Made by a program: the position numbers and the translations under genes. From a virus (Duplodnaviria; Caudoviricetes), in IMG/VR virus record IMGVR_UViG_3300021979_000004, positions 32,001-96,000 of that record: a DNA stretch of 64,000 bases. One strand, given 5' to 3'. This document shows positions 43,566 to 53,065 of the stretch, in pieces; the stretch's first letter is position 1; every line of letters begins with the position of its first letter. The notes beneath the pieces are model-generated. The model saw only the letters and a program-made list of their open reading frames with translations. It made no database searches and had not been told where the DNA came from.

Positions 43566-44159
43566 ATGAGTTTAAAAAAATATGTAGAACTTTTAGAATC
43601 TGCATCCCAAAGTGGTAAAAATCAGGAAGACACGATACAGGAAGAATTGTTTCTGGTTTTTCAACAAGAAGTTAAAAAACACTTTGGTGATAAAATAGAA
43701 TCATCTGGTTATGAATTTACGTATAATGGCACTGATAAGAATGGTGGTCTTGTTGATGTTTATTATCTTAATGACGAAAAGAATGATAAAATTTCTATTA
43801 GTTTGAATACCGAAGTTTTATCTATTGAAGATAAAGACTACGATGATGAAGAAGCAACTAACATGGAGAAGAAGAGTAATGTTGTTATTAGTCTTCGATT
43901 TGAAGGAACTCTATCTGTATTCTTTGAAACTGAAGTGGGCGATGTAGAAATAACATCTGTACCGGTCAACGAAGAATATGGATTGGTAGTCAAGAAATAC
44001 AATGATCATCTTGGAGCGTATTGGGATAGTCTACTGGATACAAAGAGTGAACAGGACATTGTAGACGATATGAACGCCTACCATGTTGCCTTAGACACCT
44101 TCTTTAAAGAAGCACAGTATGACATACCAAATTATATAAAGATGTACTACGGCTCTTAA
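43566..44159 (+). CDS. acidic late protein with MSLKKYVELLE N-terminus
   Basis: TAAATA upstream; GGAG RBS. Confidence 0.8.
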   Translation: MSLKKYVELLESASQSGKNQEDTIQEELFLVFQQEVKKHFGDKIESSGYEFTYNGTDKNGGLVDVYYLNDEKNDKISISLNTEVLSIEDKDYDDEEATNMEKKSNVVISLRFEGTLSVFFETEVGDVEITSVPVNEEYGLVVKKYNDHLGAYWDSLLDTKSEQDIVDDMNAYHVALDTFFKEAQYDIPNYIKMYYGS

Positions 44160-44566
44160 AAGAAGTCTGAGATATATTCTATTTTGTGTTTAGTGGCATC
44201 ATAAACACATGCACTATGTACTAATCCACTGAATTCACAAAGTTTATGCTGTACGTGGAGAACAAACTTAATGATGGGATTTATATTGTAGTTACGAATC
44301 CATACATCCGCGTATAGAGACATTATGTTACGGTCACAGAATAAAACCTCGTGGCCGTTTTCTTCAATCTTTTTAGAAAAGTTTTTTATAAAATGTATAT
44401 CTTCTTCTAGCAAACGTATTTTATAAAGAAAGGACAACTTTTTATTTTCATCAAAAAGATATCCATAACAAAGTTCAAACTTTTCAGGATACGCACCCAC
44501 TTTATTGAGGATGCGCCTGACTAGATATCCATGTAAAAGAAAATTACGGTCTTCAATGCTTTTCAT
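44156..44566 (-). CDS. hypothetical protein
   Basis: Probable ATG 44566 coupled to the upstream gene. Confidence 0.65.
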   Translation of the reverse strand: MKSIEDRNFLLHGYLVRRILNKVGAYPEKFELCYGYLFDENKKLSFLYKIRLLEEDIHFIKNFSKKIEENGHEVLFCDRNIMSLYADVWIRNYNINPIIKFVLHVQHKLCEFSGLVHSACVYDATKHKIEYISDFF

Positions 44567-44963
44567 CAACGCGACCTTTAACACCTTCTTTAAAACACTT
44601 ATCAGCACTACCTTTGATCTTATGGAGATTAAGAGTACGACGAATGTTAGGGTAGTGTTCAAGGTTTAAAACGATTTCAACGTTTTCGATGTAGATACGT
44701 TTACCTTTCAGTTCACCAATACCGAATGCACCTTTGGAACGTGACTTGCATTTAGCTGATGCAATTTCCAGATCAGCATCTTTCCAAAGAGGATACTTTT
44801 CAACATCTTCACAGTAAATTTTCCCAACAATAACAACACTTTTCTTTTCATCTGAATAGATGGATTTGAGGTTTACCTTGACTACATCAACTCCGATAGA
44901 GTCTTTGAAGGCTGTAGGAAGGTCTTCGTTGATAACCGTTTCAATGTTCTTTGCCTCAGACAT
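44553..44963 (-). CDS. hypothetical protein (TLNLHKIKG motif variant)
   Basis: ATG 44963 with AGGGG RBS. Confidence 0.75.
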   Translation of the reverse strand: MSEAKNIETVINEDLPTAFKDSIGVDVVKVNLKSIYSDEKKSVVIVGKIYCEDVEKYPLWKDADLEIASAKCKSRSKGAFGIGELKGKRIYIENVEIVLNLEHYPNIRRTLNLHKIKGSADKCFKEGVKGRVDEKH

Positions 44964-45033
44964 GAAAAATCCCCTTACGACTATTTCCATCTATTATAGA
45001 GGATACGTAAGGGGATTGCAAGCTATTTTACAA

Positions 45034-46203
45034 TTATGTTGTTAGAGTGAAAAACTCATAAGCGTTTGTATAAGTTTGTATATAGAATCGCTGATCGTCT
45101 ACACGATTTATCACTGTCCCGTTATAGAAATTAGACATTGTTGTATAATATCCAGCATAGTTGGAAGTAACAATAACACCGTCAGTACCGTTGCTATTAT
45201 CAGAAACGTATGCATAGTTTTCATCAACTATTTTCACAACCCTAGCATATATGTTGCTATCTTGTGCAGAGCTTTGATAACCCGGCTTATCAAATATGAT
45301 CATGTGTTGGTCATCTAGCTTAAATGTTTCAAGTATACGGCCTGCATCTTGAAATATTGGCGCAATTGAGCTTACTGTTGGTATAAACTGGCTGTATGGC
45401 CCTGAGTTTATACTGGAACGAGTCGGTAAAGATGATTGTAAAGAATACTGTAAAGTTGCAGTATTATTTTCATAACGTACAATAGCATACTTGTTTTCTA
45501 AAAGCTTACAAACATAAGGAAAATATGACATTGGGTTCGTGTCAAAATTATCCGTTGTAATATCGTATTCAAAAGTTTGTCCATACGAGTAACATGAATT
45601 TCGTAGATATAATTTATCATCAACTATATTTAAAGAATGATTAGAAGAATGATAGTATGGGCTATCAAAAATACTAGTACTATTCATGGTATAGATAGTT
45701 GTTGTTGTTGCTGTACCAGAGCCAAACACTATTTTAATCAAAGAGGCAGAAGTATTTGGGTCTGCCGCTACAATGAATACTGTGTCTTGACCGTATGGCT
45801 GGATACACAAATAATTGTAGTTTGAATTATTCATTTGAGTATTTGATAAATATATTTCATCACTTTTAATAAAGGTATTGTTTACGTCGTCATATTCAAT
45901 AATAAATGCATGGTAAAAGTTTGTGCTATATTGCTTAGCAAAAACAACAATTCTACCATCACCTAATTGCGTTATTTTTATTCCCGTATAGGATCGTCCT
46001 GCATAAAGAACTTCAGAGCATATTTGTGTGGTTGTTGCATTATTATCAAATACATCTGATGTCTCGTACATAACTCCAATTGTTGAATCGTTATCTCTTT
46101 GAGAGACAAGACGGAAAAATCTATTATTTCCTACGTAAGCGCTTGCGTCACCTACCGAGACTCCTCCATAGAAAGGAAAGTCACCTAAATTAATTTCTGC
46201 CAT
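45034..46203 (-). CDS. beta-propeller-like virion accessory protein
   Basis: 389 aa, N/S/T/Y-rich; paralog of 46216-47370. Confidence 0.75.
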   Translation of the reverse strand: MAEINLGDFPFYGGVSVGDASAYVGNNRFFRLVSQRDNDSTIGVMYETSDVFDNNATTTQICSEVLYAGRSYTGIKITQLGDGRIVVFAKQYSTNFYHAFIIEYDDVNNTFIKSDEIYLSNTQMNNSNYNYLCIQPYGQDTVFIVAADPNTSASLIKIVFGSGTATTTTIYTMNSTSIFDSPYYHSSNHSLNIVDDKLYLRNSCYSYGQTFEYDITTDNFDTNPMSYFPYVCKLLENKYAIVRYENNTATLQYSLQSSLPTRSSINSGPYSQFIPTVSSIAPIFQDAGRILETFKLDDQHMIIFDKPGYQSSAQDSNIYARVVKIVDENYAYVSDNSNGTDGVIVTSNYAGYYTTMSNFYNGTVINRVDDQRFYIQTYTNAYEFFTLTT

Positions 46204-46215
46204 ATTAAATACCCC

Positions 46216-47370
46216 TTATGATGTACTCATTGTTAAAAATGTAAATTCGTTTGTGTTAGTCTGTAGCCAGAATTGAGTTGGTGAAATCTGGTTGATCATT
46301 CTTCCAGTATGATAATCATTAATATTATTGCCATTCTGAGTTATATTACATACAAAAATTCCGTTTCCTGCTGCTGGTGATCCAGCTTGGCTATTGTCGG
46401 AAACAAAACCATAGTTTTCGTCTATTACTTTTAAGAACAATGCATAGACTGAATCACCATTTTCTGGTCTGTAAAAGTAAATAATATGCTGCCTATCAAG
46501 ACCAATAATGTCACACATTCTGTCATCATCGGTCGAAACACCTAAGTCAACCAATGGAGCGAACAAAACAGAACCCGAAAGACTAGAAGTCTCAAGTCCA
46601 CTAGTTTTTATTTTAAACCGCAAGTATGCACTATTATCGACCATTATACTTAAATACCTGTCAGTATCTAATTTTATAGCGGAATTGTAGTAAGTAAACC
46701 TATTCATAATCGAGGTTTTGTTGACCATATCAACCGCAAATCCTTGATATGAGGCTTGAGAACTTAATGATAAGAAAATATTATCATCAATAACTCTTGT
46801 ATAAACTGAACGTTCTGTAAAATAAGCATCTGCTGAGCTATCGTTTATAACTAAATTTTTTGTTATTGTTCCTGTGGTCAGCCCTTCAAAAATATATGCC
46901 ATGAAAGTACTTCCGCTATTACCAAACACAAGAATAGAATCATCATTATATATCTCAAAACAATATTCATAAAAGTTATATACGTTAGCATCACCTAATG
47001 TTATGTCATAATCTCCAACAATCTCGAATAGTCCATTAACATCATTATACGTGAGAATTATTGCACTATTTAAATAAGTACCTAATCCACTTTGTTTACT
47101 ACCAAGGATTAACAAGTTTCCATTTGATAATTGTTTCATTTTAAAATATCGTATGTAATCGTTATTGATAATTACTTGTTCGTGGACGTTAGTAAGTGTT
47201 TGTGTTCCACTAAAAACATCTGAAGATTCAGAAAGTACTGCAATAGTTCTATCAGGATTGCTTTGTGTCAGTAGCCTAACAAATCTATTGTTTCCTATAT
47301 AAATGCTTTTTTCTTCGGTTGTGGTGCCTTCTCCTGTTGGGTAAGCACCTAAGTTAATTGTATTTGCCAT
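46216..47370 (-). CDS. beta-propeller-like virion accessory protein
   Basis: Shares I.LG..P, Y.GNNRF.RL and K..DENY..VSDNS segments with the neighbouring gene. Confidence 0.75.
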   Translation of the reverse strand: MANTINLGAYPTGEGTTTEEKSIYIGNNRFVRLLTQSNPDRTIAVLSESSDVFSGTQTLTNVHEQVIINNDYIRYFKMKQLSNGNLLILGSKQSGLGTYLNSAIILTYNDVNGLFEIVGDYDITLGDANVYNFYEYCFEIYNDDSILVFGNSGSTFMAYIFEGLTTGTITKNLVINDSSADAYFTERSVYTRVIDDNIFLSLSSQASYQGFAVDMVNKTSIMNRFTYYNSAIKLDTDRYLSIMVDNSAYLRFKIKTSGLETSSLSGSVLFAPLVDLGVSTDDDRMCDIIGLDRQHIIYFYRPENGDSVYALFLKVIDENYGFVSDNSQAGSPAAGNGIFVCNITQNGNNINDYHTGRMINQISPTQFWLQTNTNEFTFLTMSTS

Positions 47371-47383
47371 TATTCAAATCCTA

Positions 47384-48016
47384 TTAGAATGTTACTGTTG
47401 TTGCGTCGTAATATGTGTTTGTTAATATTGTTTCGTCCGTATAGCCTTCAACGTTATCTACTGAATTGGTATTAGATATAACATTTGCAGTGAATGTAGT
47501 CGTACCATCATAGTAAGTGTTATTTAGTAGCGTCTCGTCTGTATAGCCTTCAACGTTATCTATTGAGTTAGTATTAGCTATAACATTTGCAGTGAATGTA
47601 GTCGTACCATCATAGTAAGTGTTACTTTGTACTGGCTCTGTTGTTTCACCAGTAATATTAGTTACAGTAGCTGATGTGTCTTTGCTAGATACATTAAATG
47701 TTAATGTAGCAGCATCGTAGGTGCTGTTGGCTCGGATAGTATCTTCGGTAAATCCAGTAACGTTAGTTACAGTAGCTGACGTGTCTTTGCTAGATACATT
47801 GAATGTTAATGTAGCAGCATCGTAGGTGCTATTAGCTCTGATAGTATCTTCAGTAAATCCGGTGATATCAGTTACAGTAGCTGATGTGTCTTTCGAAGAA
47901 ACAACTATTTTCGACATTAAGTTTTCAGCTTCGAAAATAGTTCTTCCGAGTTGAGGATATCGCGGCCCAAACTTTAGTGTTGGAAGGTGTACACCACCAT
48001 AAAATTTTATACCCAT
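47384..48016 (-). CDS. Thr/Asn-rich repetitive fibre-like protein
   Basis: MGIKFYGGVHLPT leader; ~35-aa tandem repeats; TAAATA upstream. Confidence 0.8.
   Translation of the reverse strand: MGIKFYGGVHLPTLKFGPRYPQLGRTIFEAENLMSKIVVSSKDTSATVTDITGFTEDTIRANSTYDAATLTFNVSSKDTSATVTNVTGFTEDTIRANSTYDAATLTFNVSSKDTSATVTNITGETTEPVQSNTYYDGTTTFTANVIANTNSIDNVEGYTDETLLNNTYYDGTTTFTANVISNTNSVDNVEGYTDETILTNTYYDATTVTF
47390..47900. repeat. intragenic tandem repeats (~102-105 bp units, two subtypes)
   Basis: SSKDTSATVT.(I/V)TG.TEDTIRANSTYDAATLTFNV x2-3 and EGYTDET.L.NTYYD x2, near-identical in DNA. Confidence 0.85.
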
Positions 48017-48060
48017 ATTTAAAACCCTTTTAGTTTTATTTATAGGTATATAATTTGAGT

Positions 48061-48378
48061 TTACATATAATATTTCTCAACGATTTTCATTAAATCGTCA
48101 AATGTATCTGCATATTTCTCAAATGGTGGCATATCATTATGGCGTTTTTGATTTATGATATAAGTCATTTCTTCTTCGGATCGGTGCCAGCACTTTTCAC
48201 AAGGTATGAAGCCGGTTCCCATAAATGGATTGTCGTCACCTCGTGTGTCCTTAACAATAAGTCCATGAGGGCCATCGCACTCGACATGTTCTTTAATACA
48301 GCACTCTGGATAACCGTATAAAGTACCAAACAACCACCCACGTTCTTTATAGTCCATTTCCTTGAATGTTTTACTCAT
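48061..48378 (-). CDS. DUF483-like hypothetical protein (G.LYGYPECCI)
   Basis: Conserved GYPxCCI motif. Confidence 0.7.
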   Translation of the reverse strand: MSKTFKEMDYKERGWLFGTLYGYPECCIKEHVECDGPHGLIVKDTRGDDNPFMGTGFIPCEKCWHRSEEEMTYIINQKRHNDMPPFEKYADTFDDLMKIVEKYYM

Positions 48379-48923
48379 TAGTATTTACCACCGTTTTTAT
48401 TACTGTATTTCCGGTAAGCTTCCCAAATGTCGTCTGATGGTAAATGTTCATCTTCGTCTTTTACATAATCATCATAGTTATACATCGACTTTATAATTTC
48501 TTCTTTCTGCTTAAGAGCTTCCGTATACTTGTCTTTCATTGCAGTTATCATTTTTACTTTTTCTAAATACTGCCTTTCTTCTTCACGTTGCCTTGCTCGA
48601 CTATCGTCAAAGAACTTTGGATTAGACATCTTCATGAAATTTCTGGCTTTTACAAATGAATCTGAGTCACCACATACTTTCTCAATGGTTGAAACATCTT
48701 CAATATGCTCCACTGACTTCATGATATCTATCATTGTTGAACGATTTATTGCATTTCCTACGTTTGGTCGTACATCGTCTTCAAGGTAACCAAATGCCCC
48801 ATCTACTGATACCTTACTCATTTCAAGACAGGATTTTACTAAATCATTAACTTCATCAATACTGTTTGTTCTTACTAAGGAATTGATAGCCATTCCTAAA
48901 ATCTTTTCACTATCTTTAGCCAC
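48378..48923 (-). CDS. hypothetical protein
   Basis: GTG start with AGGAGG RBS. Confidence 0.8.
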   Translation of the reverse strand: MAKDSEKILGMAINSLVRTNSIDEVNDLVKSCLEMSKVSVDGAFGYLEDDVRPNVGNAINRSTMIDIMKSVEHIEDVSTIEKVCGDSDSFVKARNFMKMSNPKFFDDSRARQREEERQYLEKVKMITAMKDKYTEALKQKEEIIKSMYNYDDYVKDEDEHLPSDDIWEAYRKYSNKNGGKY

Positions 48924-49527
48924 GGAATCCTCCTAGCGATTTCATAGTTGGTATATCACATGCTGATAATACCTCAATTCTACACTGATCCGACCTGACT
49001 TTTTCAGGTACGCTTGAAAACAAAATTTCTATTCTCAATAGTTCAACATTAATTTTCCCCGGTGTATCCATACCACCAAGTAATGTACAATTAGGTTTTT
49101 TCAATTTTAAATAATTTAACGTCCTTTTAATATCTTCAGAGTCTTTATTTATAACAAATACAGACTCCAAATCTATAAGATAAAAACCATCGTAAACATC
49201 TTCCAACATAATAAACTTTGCAATAATCTTGTTGCTGATTAATGGACCATAGTTACCTAACCCAAAGCAATAGTGGTTATTCAGAACATAACTTATGTAA
49301 TGCTTTATTAGGTCTTCTTTAATAACCCTTTCAGTGCAATATGCCATTGCATTTTCGAATGTATCTCCCTTATCAATCATATCCTTGCAGATTGCTAGAA
49401 TTGTGTAAATTCTAGTAGATTGTAAAGCTTTACGATATTTCTCAAGTGGTGCAAAATTTATGCCATATTTCAAGTTATTTCTAACATTCTTAGCTATAAC
49501 TTTTTTGAATGTATAAATGTCCATCAC
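48916..49527 (-). CDS. KLK-motif family protein, helical subtype
   Basis: IKRTLNYLKLKKP. Confidence 0.8.
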   Translation of the reverse strand: MMDIYTFKKVIAKNVRNNLKYGINFAPLEKYRKALQSTRIYTILAICKDMIDKGDTFENAMAYCTERVIKEDLIKHYISYVLNNHYCFGLGNYGPLISNKIIAKFIMLEDVYDGFYLIDLESVFVINKDSEDIKRTLNYLKLKKPNCTLLGGMDTPGKINVELLRIEILFSSVPEKVRSDQCRIEVLSACDIPTMKSLGGFRG

Positions 49528-49955
49528 ACGAATACCTTAGTCTTGGGACTTTTGATTTTCATATAGTTTAGTGCTTTCTTCACACAATTGGTATTTCTTA
49601 GTATTTCCCAAATAAGAACACCTTGACTATCTTTGCCCAACGCTGAACTTAGATATATCCCATTAGGGAAGTTCGTGGTTATATCACATGAAATAGCCTT
49701 TTTAATAAGAGCTTCAGCGAAAGTTGGTGTGAATATTAAATGAATATTTTCCTTAACAATCTTTGGTATGTAGCAACCTGTCAAACGATATAGAACCATG
49801 TCAATTACCATATCATTTTCAATGATACGCTTTCGGACTATGTTAAAAACATTGTCTCTAGACTTTCCTTGTGTTTTCCGTACCAAGGAATCCTCTATAA
49901 GGCGCATAGATTGATAGATGTAAAGCATACGATGTTTTGAATTAGATATTTCCAA
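49524..49955 (-). CDS. KLK-motif family protein, helical subtype
   Basis: VKKALNYMKIKSP. Confidence 0.8.
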   Translation of the reverse strand: MEISNSKHRMLYIYQSMRLIEDSLVRKTQGKSRDNVFNIVRKRIIENDMVIDMVLYRLTGCYIPKIVKENIHLIFTPTFAEALIKKAISCDITTNFPNGIYLSSALGKDSQGVLIWEILRNTNCVKKALNYMKIKSPKTKVFV

Positions 49956-49957
49956 TG

Positions 49958-50422
49958 TTATTCTCCCAAATCTAAGTCTTCACGAGGAAACTTTATCTTG
50001 ACGTAGTTTATTGACTTCTTCATAGAATCATGGTCTTTATTGTTTGGATACCAAGTATACCAAGATAGCCCTTGTTGGTTTCTAAACATGGTTCCCAACA
50101 TACACGCAAGATTACATGGGCCTTCTAGATAAGTGCCAGTTTGTTTAAGTAGGCATGTAGGTACTCTCTTTATGAACCTAGAAACAATCTCAGAAGTTAC
50201 AAAGTATGGCATGTTTATTCCAACTTTTCTTGGAATGAACTTGTTTTGGTTAATGTCCGTAAAATAGCAGAAAAATCGTATAAGGTTGAGGTCATCCCCG
50301 ACAAATTCATCGAATGTTTTCTTAGCCACATCAAACCCATAAAGTGACAGATCACTTTCAACAGTTTGTAGAAAGTAATACACTCTTAAGGCGTCAACTT
50401 TTTTCTTTGCTATTTCTTCCAT
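49958..50422 (-). CDS. KLK-motif family protein, helical subtype
   Basis: MKKSINYVKIKFP. Confidence 0.8.
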   Translation of the reverse strand: MEEIAKKKVDALRVYYFLQTVESDLSLYGFDVAKKTFDEFVGDDLNLIRFFCYFTDINQNKFIPRKVGINMPYFVTSEIVSRFIKRVPTCLLKQTGTYLEGPCNLACMLGTMFRNQQGLSWYTWYPNNKDHDSMKKSINYVKIKFPREDLDLGE

Positions 50423-50428
50423 AGGAAG

Positions 50429-50457
50429 ATGTTATCAGGAAATTTTAGGAAGGTCAA
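50429..50457 (-). promoter_or_regulatory. sigma70-type promoter
   Basis: Minus strand TTGACC-17-TAACAT. Confidence 0.6.
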
Positions 50458-50479
50458 TAAAAAAGGATGAGCTTTTGAC

Positions 50480-50638
50480 TCATCCTCTACGTACATGGTA
50501 GAAATTGCTTGGGCGAACAGTTCTTTTTGAATCGAAGATAGTATCTTTGGTAGCCCAATAGCTGATCCCGACAGATGCAAATCCTAAAGCAACTATAAGC
50601 CCAACAACTCCAACGTATAGAAGTGCTGCGCTAAACAT
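50480..50638 (-). CDS. small single-TM protein (52 aa)
   Basis: Read manually; AGGAG RBS; followed by AGGATGAG/CTCATCCT hairpin. Confidence 0.7.
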   Translation of the reverse strand: MFSAALLYVGVVGLIVALGFASVGISYWATKDTIFDSKRTVRPSNFYHVRRG

Positions 50639-50686
50639 AAATAATCTCCTAAATAGCCTAATTATTTATGTTCAAAATACGCTATT

Positions 50687-51250
50687 TTAAGCAGCTTGTG
50701 AATCAGTATTTGCACTTACAGGCATCAGTGAAAGATAGTCCACTATTTCATAGATAAAGCATAGGAAGCTCACCTTATCGATATAGACTCTTTCCATATC
50801 ATCCTCTCTCTCAACACCACTGCGAATGATTATTGGAAGGTCTAGTATATCTTGAATACCATAGTCGAGAATATTTTCCTCAACGTCGTTACCAATTCCA
50901 GAGTATACACTGATATTGGTATACGTTTCAGTACGGCACACACTCTCTTCATTGTAATAAAGCTCATGAATATATTCAAACGATAGGTAATTCAAACGAT
51001 GATTTCTGCCTAGTATATTTGAAGATTCCGTCATATTGATAAGCTCTTCTATAAAGCTATGAACCTTTTGTAGTTCAGGATACGCCTTAAGAGTCATTAT
51101 CAAGTCACGTACTGAATAAGTACGTTCCAGTTCAATACTCTCCTGAAGATACTGAATAATTGACGCATCCATGATTGGTGTGTTGATTATTTCTGGTTCT
51201 TCATAAGTGAATGCAATATTACCTTTCTTGTATAGAGATATATGTTCCAT
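50687..51250 (-). CDS. hypothetical acidic protein
   Basis: 187-aa ORF. Confidence 0.75.
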   Translation of the reverse strand: MEHISLYKKGNIAFTYEEPEIINTPIMDASIIQYLQESIELERTYSVRDLIMTLKAYPELQKVHSFIEELINMTESSNILGRNHRLNYLSFEYIHELYYNEESVCRTETYTNISVYSGIGNDVEENILDYGIQDILDLPIIIRSGVEREDDMERVYIDKVSFLCFIYEIVDYLSLMPVSANTDSQAA

Positions 51251-51277
51251 ACCATGTTCCTTCTATTATAATAGTAA

Positions 51278-51421
51278 TTATTTAAAGATTTTGAACCACC
51301 AACGATTAGAATACTTTTCGTAGAATGAATCGCTTACTGTGATGATTCTATAACAAAATAGGAGCTTGGTCGTGCAAAGACCAGCGAAGAGAATGAGTAG
51401 TGATAGGATGAGAATTGCCAT
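51278..51421 (-). CDS. small membrane protein (47 aa)
   Basis: Read manually; GGGAGG RBS. Confidence 0.6.
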   Translation of the reverse strand: MAILILSLLILFAGLCTTKLLFCYRIITVSDSFYEKYSNRWWFKIFK

Positions 51422-51487
51422 AGGAACCTCCCAATATATAACGTAAGTAAAAACACTAATATACTAAGATAATATATCAGTAACTAG

Positions 51488-51516
51488 AAAAAAGCAAGGG
51501 AGCGTCAAGCTCCCTT
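51488..51516 (-). terminator. terminator downstream of nadV
   Basis: AAGGGAGC/GCTCCCTT stem with U-tract on the minus strand. Confidence 0.75.
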
Positions 51517-51518
51517 TA

Positions 51519-52883
51519 TTACGCGGCTAGTTCTCTTATTTCATCGAAGGTTTGACGACGCTTAATCACACCATCTTCATACACTACTTCAAGTAGGTTG
51601 GAATCACCAGCAAAACTCTCTGGGACTGTCTTGTAGCCTTCATCCACATCTGGGACTAGTGCTAACCTACCTTTCTTAGAAGTCTTACCAGCGTCGGTCA
51701 CAGGGTCTTTAAAGACGTTTCGACCCTCGCCATTGACTTCGATGTAAGAGCATTTCATAGCGAACTTCTGAGTGTCACGGTTGTGGTCTTGTAGAAGTTT
51801 ACCACCCATACCGAATACAACATTCTCAACAGACCATCCGTTAGTTTTTAGGTTCTCGCAGATTCTACGGATCATTTCGATATCGATACCGTCACCCTGT
51901 AGAACACGAACCTTATCATTTAGAACTTTGTATCCTTTGGTATTCTTATAAGAACCAAACTTCTCATCTAGAGCGGTGATAACATCATAAACAACTTCAA
52001 TCGGATTGCCACTATCAGGACGAACTACTAACACACCGTCACGCTTTAGAATTTTATCTTTAAGCTTCTCACCAAAGATGTTGCTAACTGCATTGTAAAT
52101 GTCATAGCTATCTGCAACGATAGATAGAATACCAGTTGGGTTTTCATCAATTAGTTTCTCGTATGCAGCCGCTTCACCATCTTTACCGTGGGAGGTGATT
52201 GTGCTGTGTTCTGCCGCAACAACACTGTAAGCGCACACGTTAGAATCGTAGTAGCGCATAGCTGTTAGAATACCTTCCATAGTATCTGTACCGCTGAAGT
52301 TGATAAGGTGCGCTGCACCACCAATACCAGCAGTGGTATCAGAAGAAGCACCACGATAGCCGAAATCATGTAGTTTGAATGGTAGGCTATCGGTATTATC
52401 AGATGTTAGTTCTAGATATTTTTTAATAATTTTCTTGCATTCTTTACTGTAAGTTGCTACAGTAGATGCATACCATACGGCAGAAAGTAGACGTGGCTCT
52501 AAGAAAGATGGTAGCCAGTAAAATTCTGGTAGGGTATTTTCAATAACAGCAAGTACGTTTTTGACAGGTAGTACCATACCTTCTTTTACAGCACTGATCT
52601 TAATAGGTAGGTAGCCTAACTCAACGAGTGCTTTAGCACCTTCGTAGTTAAATGGTACGCCGTGTAGCTCAGTGAATGTTTTAGCTTCTTCAACATCCGC
52701 CATGGTTGGAAAATTGTCATTGATATCTTGAATAGCTTTCTGTAGGCCGAAGAATAATACTTCGTCAAACTTGCCGCCACGGCTTTCAATGTAAGAATAT
52801 ACTTTAGTAGTACCAGTTGGGTACTGGCTGAAGTGGGATAGTTTGTAGGAATCTGTTTTTAGAAAAAAGTTATTATAGTTCAT
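51519..52883 (-). CDS. nadV: nicotinamide phosphoribosyltransferase (NAMPT)
   Basis: TDSYKLSH, LHDFGYRG, AAEHS, VVRPDSG, QGDG, FGMGGKLLQ, KDPVTD.GK.SKKG motifs. Confidence 0.95.
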   Translation of the reverse strand: MNYNNFFLKTDSYKLSHFSQYPTGTTKVYSYIESRGGKFDEVLFFGLQKAIQDINDNFPTMADVEEAKTFTELHGVPFNYEGAKALVELGYLPIKISAVKEGMVLPVKNVLAVIENTLPEFYWLPSFLEPRLLSAVWYASTVATYSKECKKIIKKYLELTSDNTDSLPFKLHDFGYRGASSDTTAGIGGAAHLINFSGTDTMEGILTAMRYYDSNVCAYSVVAAEHSTITSHGKDGEAAAYEKLIDENPTGILSIVADSYDIYNAVSNIFGEKLKDKILKRDGVLVVRPDSGNPIEVVYDVITALDEKFGSYKNTKGYKVLNDKVRVLQGDGIDIEMIRRICENLKTNGWSVENVVFGMGGKLLQDHNRDTQKFAMKCSYIEVNGEGRNVFKDPVTDAGKTSKKGRLALVPDVDEGYKTVPESFAGDSNLLEVVYEDGVIKRRQTFDEIRELAA

Positions 52884-52971
52884 GATATTATCTCCTAATT
52901 TTGGTTTGGCTCTTTCGCCGTAATATAAGACCTTTGGTCTTTTTGGATGGGTCTTTCTGACCTCTGATAAT

Positions 52972-53000
52972 ATTTATACCACGAACAACAATTCTGTCAA
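52972..53000 (-). promoter_or_regulatory. sigma70-type promoter for nadV
   Basis: Minus strand TTGACA-16/17-TATAAA(T). Confidence 0.7.
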
Positions 53001-53065
53001 CCCCCTTTCTGAATTTTTTCATCATCATAAATACTATAAAATAATGTAAAATAAAAAGGACGGTT

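Noticed and set aside
47390-47900. CRISPR array
   Set aside because: The repeats are ~102-105 bp, contiguous, in frame and coding, with no unique spacers; no cas genes are present.
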